Shown here: positions 49,475 to 62,179 of the stretch, one piece after another
Layout of the letters: each line of letters begins with the position of its first letter
Position numbering within the stretch: position 1 is the stretch's first letter
Source: Neoechinorhynchus agilis
Taxonomy: Eukaryota > Animalia > Acanthocephala
DNA length: 64,000 nt
Direction of reading: 5' to 3'
Assembly: GCA_051530055.1 (NCBI GenBank)
Contig: CM121341.1
Coordinates: forward strand, 17,834,784 to 17,898,783
Translations under genes and position numbers: made by a program
The notes under the pieces: generated by a model
Seen by the model: only the letters and a program-made list of their open reading frames with translations
Database searches by the model: none
What the model was told of the DNA's origin: nothing

Positions 49475-50449
49475 ACGCTTGGCTCGAAAAGGGACATTGC
49501 ATTTTTAAATGTTTGATTTAAGGGAAAGTTGACTTCAACTAATGGAGATTATCAATTAGAAGCAGAAATTAAAATGGAATCTTATGTTGCCAGATCAGAG
49601 AGTGAGTGTGTGTTGAATGAGAGGTCCAATACAAGGTTGCTACGTAAAAGAGATTGAAGTATAAAGAGCTAATGAATACCGGGCGGCATGTTTCCTACGC
49701 TAGTATGATGAAGCTTTTAAGGATAGGAATCGCCAGGCTGATCGCATCAGACGAATATTGGTAAAGCAAGCGAATAATTATAAGCATAAAATTCTATATA
49801 TTAAAGTGGACAAAGTTACTGTTAGTACATCGGGGAAAGTAATGGAGACATGTTTAAGTTTACAAGGAACGGAATTGATGTCAAACGACATTGCCCATAT
49901 TCAGTCTCAATAAATATTTGCCAATGGAAAATGTTCACAAACTCTAAAATATTATCGCACGCGCTTAAAATACAATGCTTTGATTTCGACCAGCACAGCA
50001 CTAACCCTTCATAGCCCCAACGTGAGGAGGCATATATCGAAATCATTTTGAGTTGGGTTCAACGGCGAGAATTGATTTCTACAGGACAATTAATAGAAAA
50101 TTAGTGCACGTTTTGATCATTAATTCGCTGCAGCTACAAAAAGCCAAATAATGACGGCAAACGATATATCGTAAACGAAAAATTTCAATTCGATTCGTTA
50201 GTTTTAATCTGAGTGCAGGCATTTCACTGTATAAATAATAACCATCCAAACTAAAAGAAGTGTGAATATCCACTGTTCGATTGAGTAACCAATTAAAAAA
50301 TCTATTTAAAGTAAAAATATTGGCCTTCAAAAGTTCAGGTCTCGAAAATGATCACAAACAGTCGATTTGGGATGTAAACCCAGTCAAGTTGAACTCGGCA
50401 AGCAATTGAATTCAGAATACAACGACACGTGATGTAATACATGCATTCA

Positions 50450-51500
50450 CATTGGTGCTGTCCATAAATACACATGGAGCGATAACTAACAAGCTACCTT
50501 ACCGAGTAAAAATAGCAGATATCACAACGGCAACAAACATTCAGTTCGGCCGGCATTTCACACTGAATTGTGATGCAAGGCCTCTACTATATATACTCAT
50601 CTATCATCCCAAAAGGAAACTATGCAAACTTACAGAAGCTGACGACATCCTTGATGGAGTTGAGCTTGCAGAATGGTGTGCTCAAAAGAATACCGGCGTA
50701 CAAGTGTATTAGGTCTTGAGCTCGGACCTAATAGAATGGATTATCCACCAGGACTGTCCACAATGGACAAAATACCAATTTCCTTTGCAATGAAACGATT
50801 GATGTCAATCGAATGCACTTTTGACAAACCGGGCTTTTTCAAGACCTTAATATGGGAACAATATTTAAATCTAGCTCACTAGTAATTGAAGATGCCGATA
50901 GAGTTACCAATTTATGTTTGCGTTCGCATCACAATACTTACGAGGTGTGGATATTAATGGATAATGATTGCTATTTTTAAAGATTGGGGCGAAAAGCGAA
51001 GTGCCAAGAGTATTCGCAGCAACTTGTTTTCCGCCATACTCAAATACGAAAAAGCTTAATCTCCGAAAACTGTTCATTGTTTTAAGCATGAAGCATTAAA
51101 CTCATACTATGGCAGAGACAAAAATGTGATGTTCTATGGGACAAATGGTGATTTAATGATGGTTTATATGCAAGAGCAATAAGCCGAGGCACCAGGCGGA
51201 ATTTCTATGGGTTTAAAAAACATAATCGCTATCTAGTGACCAGGATTTTACACCCAATTCGATCATTACTTTTCGAATCAGTAATTGTTAAGCCTTCATC
51301 ATGGGATATTACATTAAAGACTTCAAAAACGACAGGAATATCATCGCGCTCTTCGAACACGATAGTTTGCGCCACACTCGATTTAGTTGCAGTAAGATAG
51401 ATTTCCCCGATCTAATAATTGTCATTAATGAAGGAGCCCCATAAAAAAATTACAGTTACCACCACCTTAGCTCAGAACATTCGAAACAAAGATTAGATTT
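50450..51500 (+). mobile_element. Highly decayed Gypsy pol fragments
   Basis: FGRHFTLNCDARPL and IPISFAMKRL resemble RNase H motifs GRxFTLxTDHKPL and PIAFASRxL, but out of normal order. Confidence 0.4.
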
Positions 51501-52175
51501 AGTTCCCACAATTCCAACGGCTACGAGATAAAGATGTTCAATTAGACATTATCAGAATCGCGAACATGCTTAAGTGATGGTTTCACAATGTTCAAAAAAG
51601 GTTAAAAAAACTAGTGGTAGAAATGTGTGTCGAATATGAGCTCAGATTGGAACGAAACCATTCCTCTGTAAATGTCCCCATGCCATTATTGATATTCGAT
51701 GTTGTCGACCTCACTGAGATGATATTCGAACGAATAAGAATGAAACCGGGGTTATTCCAGTTAAACACAACCCTCAAAAATGATGATTTCACACCCACAA
51801 TTCAAATATTTTTCTCCAGTCTCGAAATGTAATCCGACAATCGCGTTGACCATTAATTTACGCGCCGCGATCGTATTTGTACAACCTCAATCAAATTTTC
51901 AAATGATGTTTTTGATTTAAATTGATTGACCAGTTTACCGCGAAGTTCCGGCCATTTTTGCCGTTAAGACACGCCATTGTACTCTTAAAAGATAGGGCAA
52001 TAAATTGATTTTATCCAAATATAAAGAAACACTAAAATACGTATTATCAACGAGCAACTTGAAGCGTCATTATAGGACAAAAGGCTTTTTATACTTTCAA
52101 CAGTAATGCTTCAAAAATAATGATTTTCGAATGAAAAAATTGTTAAGAAGTTTATAAAAATGAGACTTAGAAGTA

Positions 52176-54813
52176 GGTGCCGGTCCCAAGCCCGGGTAAA
52201 TGGAGAGGGCTGACGTCAGGAAGGGCATCCCATCGAAAAACCCTGTGCCAAAACTATCTATGCCAATGTCAAGTCCTTTAATTTCGAACGATCTGACTAG
52301 GGCGTACCCCTTATGCGACGCGCAGACTCGGCGCCCGGAGGATACGAAAAATGAATTAGGGTTACCGGGTCAACGACGGGCCTGGCTAAAGAAACGAGTC
52401 GTCACAAAAATGAGAATTGGTTCTATGACAGAGAGAACTCGAGAAGTGGTCGATTTGATGAAGAGAAGAAAAATTCAGATACTCGGCAAAGAAGAAGTAC
52501 GATGTAAAATATGCAAGGCTAAAGAGCTGGGAGAAGGTTATAAACTAATTTATAGTGGCGGAACAAGTAGTAGAAACGGGGTCGGTAAAAGAACAAGTGA
52601 TCGAGTTATGGCGGTAAAGATAAAAGTGAGTAATGAAATCACGACAGTAGTGGCGACATACGTACCGAAGGTCGGTTGCAGCGAGGAGGAGAAAGATGAA
52701 TTTTGGCTGGATCTATATGAATTGACAAGGACTGTATGGGAACGACATGTGATAACCGGCGATTTCAACGGGCACGTTGGACAGAGAGAGGGATACGAGC
52801 GAATCCATTGTGGACACAGTGTGGGATCAAGAAACGTCGAGGGTGTAAAACTGTTGGATTATGCAACAGCGTTGGATTTACGTATTTCGAATACTTACTT
52901 TCAAAAAAATCCAAGACACCACACATACTCGAGCGCTGGAAGGTCAAGTCGAATCAATTTTATTTTGTACTCGATAGCGAAGTTGGGCGAAGTCTGGAAT
53001 GCCAAGACCATATTAGGCGAAGAGTGTGCGATGCAACACAGAGTACTCGTGGCCAACATCAGAATTAGGGTAAAAAGCAAGCGGCAGACACCGAGCATCT
53101 TGCGAAAAATCAATTGGTGGAAGCTAAAAGATCCTATCCTCAAAGAAAAGATGAGGATTGTGCGCACCCAGAAACTAAGCGAAAACGTGGTCGAAGTAGA
53201 AACCTGGTGAGATGAGACGGCCGAAGTTATCCTCCGGGAAGCCAAAATCATCTTAAGAATGACGTCGGGGAAACCCCACCTCCGAACAAAGGTGCATGGT
53301 GGTGGAATCAAACGGTCAAGGACGCCATCAATCAAAAAAGAGCAGCAAGGAAAATATTAGATTTCGATTCTTCAACCCATAACAAAGACGCATACAAAGA
53401 CGCAAAAAGGAAGGCTGCCCGAGAATGTGCCAAAGCAAAGAGGGAATCCGCAGCTGGAGGAGAGATAACAGGAGGGATATTATCTTCAAGTTGGCCAAAA
53501 TTCGGGACAAAAGGTCAAGGGACATCGTACGACACAAAATGATCAACGACAGTGAGGGTAGGATGCTCGATCAAAACAACGATATTTTGAACAGATGGAA
53601 AGAGTACTTCGGATCCCTCCTGAACATAGAGAATAAAAGATTGCCTATTGAACAAGTACAGCCGAATATCAATATGGCTAGACCGTATTCATACGATGAC
53701 GTCGCATCGCAGATCAGAAAGATGAAGATTGGTAAGAGTGCCGGTCCAGATAATATCCCGATAAGCATAATTGTGCCGATTTTTAAGGGTAAAGGAAATA
53801 TTCTGCAGTGTAGCAATTACCATGGCATCAAGCTGATGTCCCACACAATGAAATTGTGGGAGCGAACGGTTGACAATCGGATTGGGGAGGATATCCAAAT
53901 CAGCGAAGCCCAGCGCGGCTTTATGCCAGGTAGAAGCACAATCGACGCGATCTTCGTGCTAAGACAGCTGTATGAAAAATTTAATGAGAAGCATTGTCCG
54001 TTGCATAGCGTCTTCATCGACCTGGAGAAAGCATATAACACCGTGTCCCGAGACCTGATTTGGGCCTGTTTGAGGAAGAGAAACCATCGAGAGCATTATG
54101 TGACCACGATCAAAACGATGTATGAAAAGTGTTACACCAACGTACAATGTCAAATAGGAAGGACAGATTATTTCCAGGTGTCCATTGGTTTATATCAAGG
54201 TTCAGTGCCTAGCCCATTCTTGTTCGTGGCAGTCATCGATGTCCTAGGAAATGAAGAGATGAAGATGAACGCGCCCTGGACGATATTATTTGCAGATAAT
54301 CTGCTGCTCACGGCAAGGGACTCGGTGACACTCGAGAAAATGTTGGAGAGTTGGCGACAGTGCTTAGAAAGCAACGGCCTGAAAATTAGCAGGAGCAAAA
54401 CGATATGGGACCAGGTGAAGTAGGCACGCTAGGAGTTAACGTCGAAAAGAGGAACAACTTGCATGTCCTGGGAACTTGCACCAGAGATCGGACAAAGAGT
54501 TCAATGCGGGTGGAATAACTGGAAAAGAGTAACGGGCATCCTGTGCGATAAACGTCTCCTGAACAAGCTCAAACGGAGCGTGTACAAAGTCGTGGGAAGA
54601 CTTGCAATGGTATACGCAGCGGAGCGGAAGACGATTGGATAAAGAGCGCCGGACGTACTGAGGCCAAGGGGAAGATGAAACGGGAAAGGTCGAAAAAAAG
54701 ATGGATAGATAGTGTGATGGAGGACCTAAGACGATTGGATGAAGTTTGATTTTTGAGGACAAGCTGGCAAAGCTACCTCTCTAGTATGAGAGAAAGCTAT
54801 AAGAAGTGTGTGT
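52176..54813 (+). mobile_element. Near full-length RTE-clade non-LTR retrotransposon (APE plus RT), frameshifted, with target-site duplication
   Basis: GYKLIYSGG..RNGVG, ITGDFNGHVG, LRISNTYFQK, YHGIKLMSHTMKLWER, FMPGRSTIDAIF, FIDLEKAY, ILFADNL. ttagaagta is duplicated at 52167-52175 and 54820-54828. Confidence 0.92.
52178..52210 (+). ncRNA. Twister ribozyme remnant (P4/L4 and 3' strand only)
   Basis: UGCCGGUCCCAAGCCCGG-GUAAAU-GGAGAGGG matches, from memory, the core of the Oryza sativa twister (UGCCGGUCCCAAGCCCGGAUAAAAGUGGAGGGGG). The 5' P1/UAA strand is absent. Confidence 0.7.
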
Positions 54814-55189
54814 AGACTTTTAGAAGTAATCAACAAAAAATTCAGACGAATCAATATTTCAAAAGTTTAATCAGATAGTAATTAACAAGTAAAGACAATA
54901 CCGTCATTCGAAACGGAAATAATTACTGAAAAATGTTTTAATACTTGAGAAGGCAATAAAAAAGACAATTCCTTACGAAAATGCAAACAGCAACAAAGAC
55001 GCCGACGCAAATAATAAGGCAACGCGAATTGGAAACGAAATGCAGATGTTGACGAAATACAGAAGAATTCGACGTAAAACGTTTTTCACGTGTTCTTCGT
55101 ACGTCACGATTACTTATTGGATGCAGATTCTGAGTTTTCGTTATCGTTATGTTAGAAAAAATATCATCGTAAACACTTGCAAACAATGA

Positions 55190-55420
55190 CTGATGAGGCG
55201 ATGTTACCTCGCGAAATATCTCCAATAAATCAAATATGCTATTACCGGGATTGTTTTCACCAAAATTATACTTTGACTAACCTGAAGGATTTTCTATCGA
55301 TGATTATAAAAATCATATCGATAAAATCCATCGGGGTAGTAAATTCTGACTTGTGGTGCAAAAATAATGATTGATGAGACGAGGTTCGGTATTATCTTCA
55401 CCACAAGTCAAAATTATAAG
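55190..55420. repeat. Degenerate palindromic element (family M4)
   Basis: Shares ~70 nt with 21895-21970 (reverse) and has the inverted pair tgacttgtggtg / caccacaagtca. Confidence 0.6.
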
Positions 55421-55689
55421 AAATCGATTTTATTGAAGACCATTTAATAATTTACCAGAAAAGCATTTATATTGACTAAGACATTGATCAGTTATTAGTT
55501 ATAAAAATTTAGATAAGCTTTTAAACTTTCCGAAAAAATAAATTGTAATAACGTTCACTGGCAATGATTAGCTAGTATTCAACTGCAAATAATAACTTGA
55601 GACTAATCTAAATTTTTTGGTCAAAAAATCAATTCTTACAAATAATAGAGCACAAAACGTGCAATCACCACCGTCCGCAAAATTGGAGC

Positions 55690-55775
55690 TTCTCTCCTTC
55701 CTCAGCTGTCGCTATCACGCTAGCAACATTGCCTCGTTGTGCTGCAAGGGATATATTTTGTAAAACAGACAGGCG
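55690..55775 (-). mobile_element. CRE-like element 3' fragment
   Basis: The reverse strand reads LQNISLAAQRGNVASV, the same terminal motif as at ~38900. Confidence 0.65.
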
Positions 55776-56053
55776 ATAACAACAAAAATCTATGCGAAAT
55801 TGTAAATGGCATGGAATTTAAGAACCGAAAAACGTATTTATTGCCGGAATTCAGACAAATGAACGATTTCTCCTAAATGTTAAGTATAAGTAGTGCAGTA
55901 TGTTAACATTACTGTGGCTTTTGGTTCTCGTTGATTCCTTAAATAGGTTCTCTTAGTTAGTTCAAAAATTAAACCATTTGATTTATATAATTATTTTCAC
56001 ATCGTGATGCACGCTTTGATTGAGAGGACAGTTTCTTTTACATTACGATTCAC

Positions 56054-59000
56054 TTAATGGATAATTTCTATCACAAAGTCTTGTTCAATTTTAACTCCAG
56101 GTTTTCTCACTAACAAATGATTTCCGTATTTCCCCGTGGTTTGTTCGTATTGCAGCGTGTAAGTTTGATTTAAACTAATAATGCTTATTTTAACAGCCGT
56201 TACAATGGGTCCGTGGTTACAGAATACGATTCGTTCAATCCATTGATGGTTTGTTGTCCTCCATTTAGTGGGTTCTTTATAGTCGACATAACGTGTTGAT
56301 TTGAACGTATCGTGTTCGAACACAAGCATGCGATGAACGAAATGTCCTTGTTTGTATGCCATGGTAACTCCATCATCAACATAAACTTGTCCATTGGCTT
56401 TACCACTCGAATCTGGGCACACAAACAATGTTAATGGATCACCAAGCGTCGCTAACAGACTTCTTCGTGGTCTGAATTTGAAAGGGAAAATCCTCCCTAG
56501 CTTAAGAAGGACATTAGCATATCCATCGAGAGGCGAAGATTCTCTGTACCATTGACCTCCGTGAAAAACAGAAAGATCTAGCATGGAAATCCATGCATCA
56601 TCAGTATCAGATTGTGAACTTTGTGGAACGTAAAATTCGATGGTTGATTTACCTGGGTATAGGACCGGGTATATGAGAACCGAACTTCCTAACATAAAAG
56701 CATCCTCTATATCAAGAGCATTTTCATCTGAGGGGAATCCCATCCATAGTGGCCGGATAACGGGATCGCCTTGAATTTCGTGCAGTCGAAATAAAGTGTA
56801 TACAAGAGGCGAGAAAAGGTATCTACGTTCAATTTGACGACCTATAATCGATGAACATTTAGGATCAATGTCGTCAAATGACCATGGTTCTTTACGCGTA
56901 CTTTCTTTGTGGCTATGAGTTCGGTAGAATGGAAGGAACATTCCAAGCTGGTGCCACCGTGTATATAACTCAGCATCTCTTGTTTTTCCGTCGAAAAATC
57001 CGCCGATGTCAGCGCCTGCAAATGATATTCCGCTTATAGATAAAGATAAAATCATTGAAATGGACACTCGCATCTGCTCCCAACTCTGAAAATTATCGCC
57101 CGTCCATACGGCAGCGAAACGCTGAGTGCCAGCAAAGAAGGCTCGAGTGAGCACAAATGAACGTTTGTTCCCCGGTCGCATGTAATGTCCTTTTTGAGTA
57201 TAAAGGGACATCAAATGACCATATAGGTTGTGCACTTCGAGATTCGTTCGATTATCGTGATGAATTGCATCACGGGATATTGTGACCTCGTCGCCGCCGA
57301 AAACACTCATTTCGTTCATATCGTTCCATGTGTAGTCCGTGGTGATTATATCCGGACGATTGTACAATCCCGAATACCATTCCCCCGCTTTAGGATCAAA
57401 GTAATCTACCCAACACGATTTACCAGGCCAACAATGTCCCTCGAAATCCGTTCCTAACGATGATTTCACAAAACGATTTTGATCCTTACCTTCCTTATAT
57501 ACGAAATATGAATCGTCCACTTTTATGTGAGGATCTATTATTGTTATCAGATTACGCTTATTTTGATTTAAATGTTTAATAAGGTTACGAGGGTGAGGAA
57601 ATTTATGATTCCATGTAAGTCAGACATTCTGGAGATTTCTGTAATAGTAAATAAGATTATAAATACCATTGATGTAAGATGATTTGCTAAAATGGCTAGT
57701 GAGTTGGTAAAGAGCTAAAAGCACATATTTCTAGACCGTTTCAATACTAAATAACAGGATTTTCTCCACCCTGTGTGACAAGTTTCGTCAAAAAGTTTAC
57801 TCTTGTACAATATCTGCATTTATTTTTGAATCTTGATGTACTATCCTCTAGACAATAAACTTTGCAAGCATTTAAAATCGTAGATAAGCAGTTAAAAGGG
57901 TTTTATTTTAGAGAAGTTTAATAGCGACTATTTAAACTTCTAGTTCAAAATGGTGTTAGAAAGGGATGTTTCCTTTCATGAATTCATACTTATAGGAATC
58001 GATTACAACCAAAGAAACCATATCAAAGTCTATAAAGAAAATTTTCTTCAACTTTACAAAAATTGACATGGAACATATTTGGACTTTTGAGTCCAACTTG
58101 TAAGCAGTAAAAATATTTGCTTCATGCAGTCGAATAAAATACAAATAAGTAAAATTTTACGATGCTCTAATTTAATTTTGTGATCATTTGCGTCGTAATT
58201 TTGAGTTATCCTGCAAACAGCGTGAAATATTAAGCCAGCATGACTTTTACAGTGCGGTTTCTTCGGTTGCATGAGTGAAAAGTAAGCTATAACAGTTTTA
58301 GAATTAAAATTGTAAATGTAATCAAATTTCCAAAAAAAATATTTTGAACCGCTTCAGAAAAAAATCCAAGAATGTATGAAATAAAATATCGTATACCGTC
58401 AGTGTAGTCGAGATCTAACCATATATTATCAAGTGGTATGTTCTTTTCATCAAATAATCTTTCAAGATTCATAACTTCATCTTGGCTCATGTAGCTCCAT
58501 CTTGATTGATGATAACCAAGTGTGCTCAGTGGTGGAAGCGGTGCTGTACCTGTCAGATAAGTGAACTGCCTGACGACATTCAATGGATTGTCTGATCCAG
58601 TCATGAAAAACACATCAACAAGTCCACTAGAAAACATCCAATGCGCGGATACATTTTTCGATTCGTTATTTCGAACTGTACTAGCTTTTTTCCCAGAACT
58701 AAACAATTGACGCATCCATTCGGACAACGAATGTATTGCCCGATTTACCCCAATAGGTTTTCGTGAGTCGATTGAATCCTTTCCAAGGTCAATATCGATC
58801 CAGCATTCGGCTGCATTCAACCAGAGTATTCCCACAGTTCTCGGTAAATCTCCATTATGAGATGTTCGATGTGCGTATATGATTGGAATTGATCCATATA
58901 AAGCAGCTTGACTGCCCACCTCATATTCAAAGACGTCTAAATTAAACAGACGATATGGATCGTTTAACTTGACTGTTGATTTGAGACTATGCGAATCTGC

Positions 59001-59564
59001 ATGTTCAGGTAAACCGTAGAGACGATCGAAGCCATGGAAAGATATATCTCCACCGATCGCTGGATTCGCAAAATACAGTTTCTGGGCTGAATTAAAGCTC
59101 ATCACAGCCATACTTTTTTCGTCTTTAATCTCCATCAAAAATGGATCAGAACTGAAAAAGATTGAATCATTGCACAGTGCACATTTTACTGTCATTTCCG
59201 TACTCGTTCGATCAATAATGGTGAACGAAATGAGCGGTGCACTCTCAACTTCATTGGTCAAAACATGAGCAACGCGATATCGACTACCGATTGTTTTTTC
59301 TTCTTCGATTGTCAATCGATATACTCCAGGTCGATATGCTCCAATCACGGCCAAAAGAATCTGCCCCGTTTGCTTTTCAGTAACATTGAAAACAAATTCA
59401 CCCTTTGCGGATTGTTTCACATTCGAAAAATCAGCCTTATAGGCAGCGAGAGTGCGAAACCGCTGCTTTGAACAAAAATCAGTTTGGCTGCAAGTATGAA
59501 ACGAACTCTTATCAACGCATTGGCAAACAGTCAAAAACGTTAATATTAGGCCCAGTGCAACCAT
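56054..59564 (-). CDS. GANAB: Neutral alpha-glucosidase AB (glucosidase II alpha, GH31); two large exons, ~59564-58389 and ~57619-56054
   Basis: Signal peptide, VDKSSFHTCSQTDFC, LYGLPEHA, PYRLFNLDVFEY, GYHQSRWSY, IWLDLDYTDG, IIDPHIK, FEGHCWPG, catalytic WNDMNE, WTGDN, RSFVLTRAFFAG. Confidence 0.95.
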
Positions 59565-60274
59565 ATTCACGAAAAGAAGTCTTATGGAAATTTCTTTTAT
59601 ACCGTTAGATTCTGTCGTATCTTTGCTAACGTAAATTACACCGCTAATAGTTTCGATGTTTTAGAATAGTAGGCTTTTAAATTCGTCATACATAAGATTT
59701 ATTCGAAGGAAGACATTGGATGATTAACCGAGGAATAATTATGATTCGATAGTAATAAAGTTATGTCATCGCTGTCCATTTAAGTGCTTTGTCATCCCAG
59801 ACGTTCCATTGTTTCCAGCAGTAAGGGAGTTTGCTCAAAGCCTCTAGTAAAGTGCTAATGTACTTTAGTATAAAAAACTAGGCTCGAGAAATTCGTCAGT
59901 GTAGAATTTAAGTCGTGCAGATGAAACTTAAAAATCGACAAATAGAAAGTGAATTCAACAAAATGCGTTCTTTATTCACAGTTTTCCAGTATTTTCACTT
60001 GAATAGTTCAAGATGTAACGTGTTAATGTTTCTAGTCGATTTTTTACTTTTTTTACAATGACAACCATTTTATTGTCTTGGATTATTAACGTCGGGGAAA
60101 ATAAACTTGCTTTTGATAGCTTTGCAACTCCAGTTTTACATTCACTAATTTATTTTTGTTACTTCATCAAATCCGGGGTGGCAAAACTATAAAAAGAAAA
60201 TGACCATTTTTTATATATTTTTTGTCTTCTTCGAAGATTGAATTGTTCATGTTTACTTATGGCGGAAAAATTAA

Positions 60275-60430
60275 AGGAATTTATTAAGTCCGATATTTCG
60301 GAGGCACAATGTTGTACGCGTTTATTAAGGTTGCTTGCAAGTTTTTAGGCTGTGCGATCGTGTAACGTACAAGCAACCTTAATAAAGGCACAAGATTGTG
60401 CCAAAACATCGGACTTAATAAATTCCTTCA
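60275..60430. repeat. Hairpin/MITE-like element
   Basis: aaggaatttattaagtccgat...ttattaaggttgcttg pairs with caagcaaccttaataa...atcggacttaataaattcctt. Confidence 0.85.
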
Positions 60431-60489
60431 ATTTTTCTACCATAAAAACATATTCTATCTTAGTTTTTAAACACAGCAAAAAACGATCG

Positions 60490-61000
60490 TCAGCCCAGTG
60501 TGCGCTGAACCTTAGACGTAACATCTAAGTGACCATTAAAGGCCAAACTAAGAACACACAAAACTACGAGATCACTGTGTCCCGACTCCTCTGCCCAACC
60601 ATCTCGAGTAGCCAAAGCTGTATCTAACTCGTCCATACTTCCATCTTGGATCGGAGATTTGCTTTGATAACTTCCTCGTGTGATACTTAAAAGGATTCCA
60701 AAATGTGCCATAAATCAGTGCGCACCGTCATACCCCGCAATACTTTTGAAGGGTGTCAAAGATCAGAAGGACCTTAGCTGGTTGTAAGTTTACCAATGTC
60801 ACCAAGAAGCGTCTCGCGTTTTTCGATCAGATGTTTGAGAACGCTAAAAAGAAAAGCACAGAGTCTGCAATATGAAGAATGAATCGACGCAAATCTAGTT
60901 CTGATCAGGCTCACATCAGTAACCGAGTCTCAGCAAAACTGGCTGATGCTCACGTATGTGGTTCAGTCAGGATATTATGCTCAATTGAGTCGTTTACGAA
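60490..61000 (+). mobile_element. CRE-like element N-terminal fragment
   Basis: RIPKCAINQCA and VSAKLADAHVCGSVRIL parallel IPRGARYQAA and KLANVDVKGAIHLL of the 36076 element. Confidence 0.55.
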
Positions 61001-61907
61001 TAACGACGAGTCTATCTTTTAGAACCGTGAAGCTTATCATCCTTCTGCGTTCTCGTTCCGCCAAGATTTATACCAATTGTATATCCTTTTCCCTTTCGCA
61101 ATATTTGAGAATCATTCGATTCATCAAAGCTGCAGTAAATTGATGCTTTGCAATTGAAATTTTTTAGTCAACATCTAAAGCTTTAAAGTATATATTTTGT
61201 CGAAAAATTCTAATGCCACACACCTTCGATAAGTGGTATTCCAAAGTTTAAACTGTAAATACGATCTCGAATTGCATTCTTTGAAGAGTCAAGACGTCCG
61301 CGATGGAGCAAACAAATCGATGTTATTGTTATCCGTAAGTAGCATACTGTCTTCGGTGAAATCGCGAATAATGATAGTCGTTATAGAAAAATTAGTTCTA
61401 TAAAAAAGTTGATCTTAGGTATAGTCGCCTCAGAAATCAAACAGAGTAGAAATTTAATTAATAACTAACGATCAATTATCCGTTAACAATCGCAGTTTGG
61501 GCCATCATGGTGTTTTTTATCAGCAGAGTTGAGATATTTACGGCACTTAGAAGTTGATACAAATGTAAAGCGTGATATGAACACCACGAATGTACTTGAC
61601 GCTTTCTTCATAATTGAAATATAATTGAGCCCCATGCAACGAATTAGAAAAGAGATGCGATTGAATAGAGGGTACTTCTTGGGCAGTCCGAGTCCTTCGC
61701 GTGATTGAGTGAACGGATTAATTGTGTTCCTGCATTTCGCTAATCCTTCTTAAATGTACTTAGCATTTTCAAGTCATATTTCTTCAAGTACCCCAACAAA
61801 TTCTCTGAAATTGAACGTGTTTTATTTTCCTTGTAGCGTATGCAATAGCAACAACCACACAAGCAATACGCGCTCCGGCGTACCCCGTAGTAGTACTATG
61901 AGAAAAT

Positions 61908-62160
61908 ATATAAACACGTTTTATTAATTTAAGAAAAGAACGATCCATACACTTGCCAGCATCTATCTTCGGATGTTGAGGCGGGGAGGTGGGACTTGTC
62001 TTTGAAGGAGTTTTAATGTGCGATCGGAGGCTTTGTACAGGAGATGACCGATTGGGAGTCTTTCCTTGTTCTCCGGTTGTTAAGGAAAGATTGGGCTTGG
62101 GGGAGGAAAGATTTTTGGTAGAGGGTGGAACGAGCGAGGGGGTATGAAAAAGTTGGGGCA
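61908..62160 (-). mobile_element. 3' end of the L2/CR1-group family (third copy)
   Basis: Reverse complement of ~8995-9235, including gatgctggcaagtgtatggatcgttcttttcttaaattaataaaacgtg. Confidence 0.9.
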
Positions 62161-62179
62161 TCCAAAATTATCTCCGTCC

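Noticed and set aside
55160-55225. Hammerhead-like CUGAUGA...GAAA core
   Set aside because: Extra G before stem II, stem III barely pairs, and the homologous copy at ~21965 reads CAGAUGA. It is part of the M4 palindromic repeat.
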